Shown here: one piece after another, positions 53,944 through 58,488 of the stretch
Layout of the letters: each line of letters starts with the position of its first letter
Position numbering within the stretch: position 1 is the first letter of the stretch
NCBI GenBank assembly: GCA_964576115.1
Contig: CAZNUA010000022.1
Coordinates: forward strand, 1-58,488
Direction of reading: 5' to 3'
Length of the DNA: 58,488 bases
From: an uncultured Gemmatimonadota bacterium
Lineage (GTDB): Bacteria > Blakebacterota > Blakebacteria > Blakebacterales > Blakebacteraceae
Program-made: the position numbers and the translations under genes
The notes under the pieces: generated by a model
What the model was told of the DNA's origin: nothing
The model's database searches: none
Seen by the model: only the letters and a program-made list of their open reading frames with translations

Positions 53944-56601
53944 ATGAACGACAGCTCCAACTGGAAGCGTCTCTTCCGGCTCGATGAGAGTTCGCGACAC
54001 CTCGACCGCTCGATTGAGGATGAACTCACCTTTCACATCGAGGAACGGATCGAACAGCTCGTGGCTGAGGGGATGATCCGCGAGAAGGCTGAAGCTGAAG
54101 CCCGGCGCGAATTCGGCGGGATCGAGACAACCCGGAATCAGCTCGGGAAGATCGGGAACGGCCGACTGCGGCGTCGGGCAGGTGGCGAGAGGGTGCGCGG
54201 ATTCCTGAGCACCATTCGAATGGCCATAAGGAGTTATCTTCAGCGCCCCGGCTTCGCCCTGACCGTCATCATCGTCATCGCCCTGGGAGTCGGTGCCACG
54301 ACCACCATCTTCTCGATCGTCGACGGCGTCATCATCAAGCGGCTTCCGTACGAGAATGCCAATCGGCTCTTCTACGTCACCCATGCCGCCCATCCCGTGC
54401 CCTGCTTCCGTGACTGGCAGGAACGGACCGCTCACATGGGAACCATGGCAGCCATATGGAATACGGTCATGGATTTCACCGGCGGGAATGAACCGGTCAA
54501 ACTGCAGGGTGCCATGACCACTCCCGAGATGTTCCCTCTCTTCGACGCCACGGCCGCGGCCGGCCGTCTTTTCGTCGAAGAGGATTACGTCTATCCCCCC
54601 TCGAGCGTCGTTCTGAGTCACGATACCTGGGTCAGACATTTCGGTGCCGATCCCGACGTTATCGGCGAAACAGTGGAAACCAGTACCCGCTCGGTCACCG
54701 TACTCGGAGTTCTGGCTGAAGATTTCGTATCTCCAAACGGACTGATGGGTAATGAATTCGATTTCTGGGTCCCCCTTGATGTCACCGAACCCGAACTCCA
54801 GCGTGCGAACTGGTACGTCCTGGAGATCGTAGGCCGGCTCAATCCCGGTCTCACGATCGCTGCCGCCCGGCGGGAATTCGCCGGGATCGCAGATCAGCTG
54901 GCCGAAGACAATCCTGATCTCTACCTCTTCGAAGAAGACTTCGTGAGACCCTTCACACCCATCTCACTGCAGTCGGCTCTGGCCGAGGATGTGGAAACAC
55001 CCCTCCTGCTCGCCTTCGGAGCGGTCCTCATGCTGCTCGGGATTGCGTATGCCAATGTCGCCAATCTTTTCCTGGCCCGCGGTGTCGATCGAATGCATGA
55101 GATCGCCCTGCGCTATGCTCTCGGCGCCGGACGACGACACATAATCGAGCAGTTACTCACCGAGAGTGCTGTCCTGGCCCTGATCGGCGGCGTCATCGGG
55201 ATAGGAATCGCCTTGCTGGGGGTGAACGCCATCACCCTCTATGTACCGACCGATCTCCCTCTCTCAGGCCAGATCGCCGTTGACCTCAGAACCATGTTCT
55301 TCGCCATCGGCACCTCCCTGCTGACCGGCATCCTCTTCGGCCTCATCCCCGCCCTTCGAGCCTCATGTACGACCATGAGCACCGTTCTCAAGGATGCCGC
55401 TCAGGGTACTGGCGGAGGACGTCGTCGATCGCTGTTACGCAACATCTTTGTCGTAACCGAGATCTCTCTGGCCATGAGTCTGCTGATCGTAGCCGGTCTT
55501 CTCTTCACAAGCCTCGTGAAGCGGCGGATGGTCGATCCCGGATTCGATACTGAGAACCTTCTCGTCATGCGGCTCGACCTGAATGATGCCGGTTACAGCG
55601 GGGACCAGGGACGGCTTCTGGGCCTGCAGCTGCAGGAGCGGATCAATTCGATCCCGCCGGTTCGCGCAGCGGCCGCAAGTTATTCCGCACCCTTCCAGCA
55701 TTACGGCGGCTCGATCGCCGGATCCTTCTCGAGCAACTGGCAGAACGACCGGGGGGAAGCGATCCAGGAAAGAGCGGTCTGGCTCGATGCCTCGCCCGAG
55801 TTCTTTACCGTATACGGTCTGGCTCACAGGGGCCGCATCTACGAACAGGAAGAGACGAGTGGTGAGGCGATACCGGCCGTGATCTCTGAAGGTTTCGCCC
55901 GGGTTCTGTTCGGTGAAGAGAATCCGGTCGGAAGGACCTTCTCCGATTCGAACGGGACCGTATTGAGAGTTCTCGGGACAGTTTCCGATCTGCAGCACTG
56001 GGGGCTCGATCGTGATCCGATCGCCACTATCTACATGCCATGGGGAACCTGGTCCGGTGGAACCCGGGTTTCACTGAGTATACGCACCGTTTCCGATCCC
56101 GCAGCCATCGTCCCTGCCCTGCGTGAAGTGGTCAGAAGCCTGGATCCGAATCTGCCCATCCGGCAGATCTTCATCATGGAGGACCGGATCTCCGAATCCC
56201 TCGGAGAACCCAGCTTCTACACTTTCCTTCTGACCATCTTCGCCCTCATGGCGCTGGCCCTCGCGGCGGCCGGGATCTATGGTTCAATGCTCTACAGTGT
56301 GGGCCAGAGGCGTCGTGAAATGGGTGTGCGAACCGCGCTCGGCGCCAGTCGCGGCAGCCTGATAGGACTCGTCGTCAGTCAGAGTGCCAGAATCACCCTG
56401 ATCGGCATCGCGATCGGTCTGGGGATCGCCCTGGCCCTCTCGCGCGTTCTCGAGGGCATGGTATTCGACATCACCCCGACGAATGTGCCAACTCTGGCAG
56501 GGGTGTCCCTGATCCTGGGATCGATCGCCCTGATCGCCGCCTGGATACCTGCCCTGCGGGCCTCACGCACCGATCCGGTCGAGACTTTACGGACCGAGTA
56601 G
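53944..56601 (+). CDS. ADOP-family duplicated permease with prefix domain
   Basis: IEDELTFHIEER.....G....AEAEARREFG prefix; ALGVGA, ANVANL, E.ALR.ALGA and DPVETLRTE motifs. Confidence 0.9.
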   Translation: MNDSSNWKRLFRLDESSRHLDRSIEDELTFHIEERIEQLVAEGMIREKAEAEARREFGGIETTRNQLGKIGNGRLRRRAGGERVRGFLSTIRMAIRSYLQRPGFALTVIIVIALGVGATTTIFSIVDGVIIKRLPYENANRLFYVTHAAHPVPCFRDWQERTAHMGTMAAIWNTVMDFTGGNEPVKLQGAMTTPEMFPLFDATAAAGRLFVEEDYVYPPSSVVLSHDTWVRHFGADPDVIGETVETSTRSVTVLGVLAEDFVSPNGLMGNEFDFWVPLDVTEPELQRANWYVLEIVGRLNPGLTIAAARREFAGIADQLAEDNPDLYLFEEDFVRPFTPISLQSALAEDVETPLLLAFGAVLMLLGIAYANVANLFLARGVDRMHEIALRYALGAGRRHIIEQLLTESAVLALIGGVIGIGIALLGVNAITLYVPTDLPLSGQIAVDLRTMFFAIGTSLLTGILFGLIPALRASCTTMSTVLKDAAQGTGGGRRRSLLRNIFVVTEISLAMSLLIVAGLLFTSLVKRRMVDPGFDTENLLVMRLDLNDAGYSGDQGRLLGLQLQERINSIPPVRAAAASYSAPFQHYGGSIAGSFSSNWQNDRGEAIQERAVWLDASPEFFTVYGLAHRGRIYEQEETSGEAIPAVISEGFARVLFGEENPVGRTFSDSNGTVLRVLGTVSDLQHWGLDRDPIATIYMPWGTWSGGTRVSLSIRTVSDPAAIVPALREVVRSLDPNLPIRQIFIMEDRISESLGEPSFYTFLLTIFALMALALAAAGIYGSMLYSVGQRRREMGVRTALGASRGSLIGLVVSQSARITLIGIAIGLGIALALSRVLEGMVFDITPTNVPTLAGVSLILGSIALIAAWIPALRASRTDPVETLRTE

Positions 56602-56661
56602 GAAAGCGCCCGGTCCAGATCGGGGCATCTCCTTCAAGCCCGGGGTGATTCTGTCCGGAAT

Positions 56662-57780
56662 TCAGTTTCCGGCATCGACGATCCGGTACTCGTACACGCA
56701 GGCGTTCCAGTAGGCATCGAGAATCAGGAGCCGGTCTCCGAAGACCCGGAAGCGTGACATGTCCACCGGAACCGGCACATAACAGAGCAGTACCCCGTCC
56801 GGATTGTAGACCTCGAAACGCATCCTCTCCGGAGCATTCTCCATCAGGGCCGAGGCGCTTCCATCATCTTCGGGTTGTGTAACGAACGTCAGCACCCAGA
56901 TGCGCCCCGAGCCGTCTACTCCGATACCGCTCGATACGTGAGTCAGATCCGGTTCGGGGACGGCCATTTCTTCTCCTCTGACATCGGTCATGCCCATGAC
57001 CAGATCGTGCTGGACGGGATAATCCAACGGTCGATCGATCTGCATCTGGAGTTCACCCCCCGGAGAATACCTGTCTATCCGGTTGTAGTGATCGAAACAG
57101 AGATAGATACCATCGATTTCATCCCGAGCGATGGTTCTCATGTTGAGCATGAATTCCATGAAACTCTCTTCATGCTGATATGTGGCCCCGAAGGTCATCT
57201 GCGGATTGCCCTCGGCGTCGAGCAGACGGGCAGCCTTCGGCGGATCTTCCTCCCGGCTGATATCTACGCCGACGATGCGGCCGTCAGAGAGCAGACGGAA
57301 AACATGAAAGAACTGCTTGAGCACAACGGCCGGACGGACTTCACCCGCAGGCGAGAAACTGCCCAGCCGGGTATTGTTCATGTCGGTGAAGTAGAGATTC
57401 CCCGCCCGGTCGCGATCCATGCAGATGGAGCCCCGGAATTCTCCCGGTCCTGAACCTTCCCGGCCGAAATCCGCCACAAAGACGCCGTCGGGACCGTATT
57501 TCCTGATAGCCGGACGCCGGGAGTCCATGATGAAGAGACTGCCGTCGTCACCGGTTACGGCATCGAGCGGAAGCAGGAGAATGTACCGGTCGTCATCGGT
57601 CTCGGTGCTGCCGATCGTTTTAATCAGTTCCAGACCGAGACCGGGATCATCGCCCTGAACCGGGGCGTGATTGTGCACGTACCGAACCCCGTCGATTTCT
57701 TCGACCGTCGCGGTTCTGCTTCGGCCCGAACAGGCCGCGAGTACTGCCAGGACTGCACCCGGGATCACCCACCACTTCAT
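56662..57780 (-). CDS. NHL/six-bladed beta-propeller lipoprotein
   Basis: AGGAG RBS before ATG 57780; lipobox LAAC; FGREGSGPGEF and VDGSGRIWV motifs. Confidence 0.8.
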   Translation of the reverse strand: MKWWVIPGAVLAVLAACSGRSRTATVEEIDGVRYVHNHAPVQGDDPGLGLELIKTIGSTETDDDRYILLLPLDAVTGDDGSLFIMDSRRPAIRKYGPDGVFVADFGREGSGPGEFRGSICMDRDRAGNLYFTDMNNTRLGSFSPAGEVRPAVVLKQFFHVFRLLSDGRIVGVDISREEDPPKAARLLDAEGNPQMTFGATYQHEESFMEFMLNMRTIARDEIDGIYLCFDHYNRIDRYSPGGELQMQIDRPLDYPVQHDLVMGMTDVRGEEMAVPEPDLTHVSSGIGVDGSGRIWVLTFVTQPEDDGSASALMENAPERMRFEVYNPDGVLLCYVPVPVDMSRFRVFGDRLLILDAYWNACVYEYRIVDAGN

Positions 57781-58029
57781 GACTCCTGAGCCTCCAGATG
57801 AGGAGTATCCGATCGTAACGGCCGCTTCGGAATGATCCGGATCCCCGAACTGTTTCCTCGGATCCCGTCCGGGGACGAACACCCGGAAGCGACCCGCCCT
57901 GTGAAAACAACGCCTGACCGGCGGGTAATGTTGCCTGTCATCTACTGCTACCGACTGCTGTCTGCGACAGCTGTTTCCTTCCGCCGCGCCGACGATCGGG
58001 GCGGTTGCCGCACTTCCGGAAAAATCCCG

Positions 58030-58088
58030 TGTAACATTCAGCGGATATTCTCGTTTCACGAATATGACATTGCCTAGACAGACTATGC
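58030..58088 (+). promoter_or_regulatory. Candidate ECF-type promoter and imperfect dyad operator upstream of the PadR gene
   Basis: TGTAAC-N16-CGTT, then GCCTAGAC-AGA-CTATGC. Confidence 0.4.
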
Positions 58089-58109
58089 TATGAACAGGGG
58101 AGATCCTTC

Positions 58110-58460
58110 ATGACACCCGGTGACAGTGGTGCTCTCTACGGCATTCTCGAACTCCTGATCCTGAAAACCCTCAAGGATGGCGGCCCGCTCCACGGGGTCG
58201 GGATCGCCGACCGCATCGTCCGGCACTCGGGAGACTCCCTGCGTATCGAGGAGGGTTCCCTCTATCCCGCCCTGCACCGCCTGCAGGACAAGGGGCTGGT
58301 GGAGTGGGAATGGATGACCTCGGAAAAGGGCAAGCGAGCCAAGTACTACACCCTCTCGACGGCCGGAGAGAAGGCTCTGCAGAAGGCCCTGACAGGATGG
58401 ATCAGCAACACCCAGGCCTTGATGAACGTGCTCGATCTTGGCTGGGAAGAACTGCAATGA
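58110..58460 (+). CDS. PadR-family regulator (acidobacterial type)
   Basis: G.LELLILKTL...PLHG..I, IEEGSLYPALHRL..KG, SEKGKRAKYY.L motifs. Confidence 0.92.
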   Translation: MTPGDSGALYGILELLILKTLKDGGPLHGVGIADRIVRHSGDSLRIEEGSLYPALHRLQDKGLVEWEWMTSEKGKRAKYYTLSTAGEKALQKALTGWISNTQALMNVLDLGWEELQ

Positions 58461-58488
58461 CTCCGCCGAAGGGCTGGAAGCGCTCCTT
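58457..58488 (+). CDS. Start of a probable further ADOP permease (truncated by the window end)
   Basis: ATGA overlap with the PadR stop; MTPPKGWKRS resembles MNDSSNWKRL of the 53944 permease. Only 10 codons are visible. Confidence 0.45.
   Translation, partial: MTPPKGWKRS

Noticed and set aside
1-58488. tRNA-Sec, selA/selB/selD, other tRNAs, rRNA, IS elements or prophage genes
   Set aside because: None was recognised in the window. The selenoprotein calls therefore depend on machinery encoded elsewhere in the genome.

Overview
High-GC bacterial chromosomal segment with about 45 genes. The mix of PadR-associated MacB-type orphan permeases, an FlgD/T9SS-like C-terminal domain and PPC-repeat proteins suggests an FCB-group lineage such as Gemmatimonadota; this taxonomy is inference only. 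Most genes encode envelope or secreted functions: S8, S9, M28 and caspase-like peptidases, a TonB-dependent receptor, beta-propellers, GH2 and GH78 glycosidases, three complete orphan permeases plus the start of a fourth, an ECF sigma/anti-sigma pair and a VapBC toxin-antitoxin pair. Main observation: two exported thioredoxin-fold proteins are each split in the ORF track at an in-frame TGA that sits at the first Cys position of a CxxC motif (U-G-W-C at 7478-7480; U-S-W-C at 11895-11897). Each TGA is followed by a SECIS-like hairpin, so both are probable selenoproteins, and they bracket an nfeD / SPFH / HGSNAT-like gene run. Also notable: a Tat Gfo/Idh/MocA + tetraheme NapC-FGE fusion + Tat TIM-barrel + ApbE cluster, a free-standing copy of a subtilase prodomain, a TolC-helix-like anti-sigma candidate, two sigma54 promoters and a shared ECF-type promoter motif. 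No tRNA, rRNA, CRISPR array, transposase or integrase was recognised. All calls come from reading motifs by eye; no database search was run.
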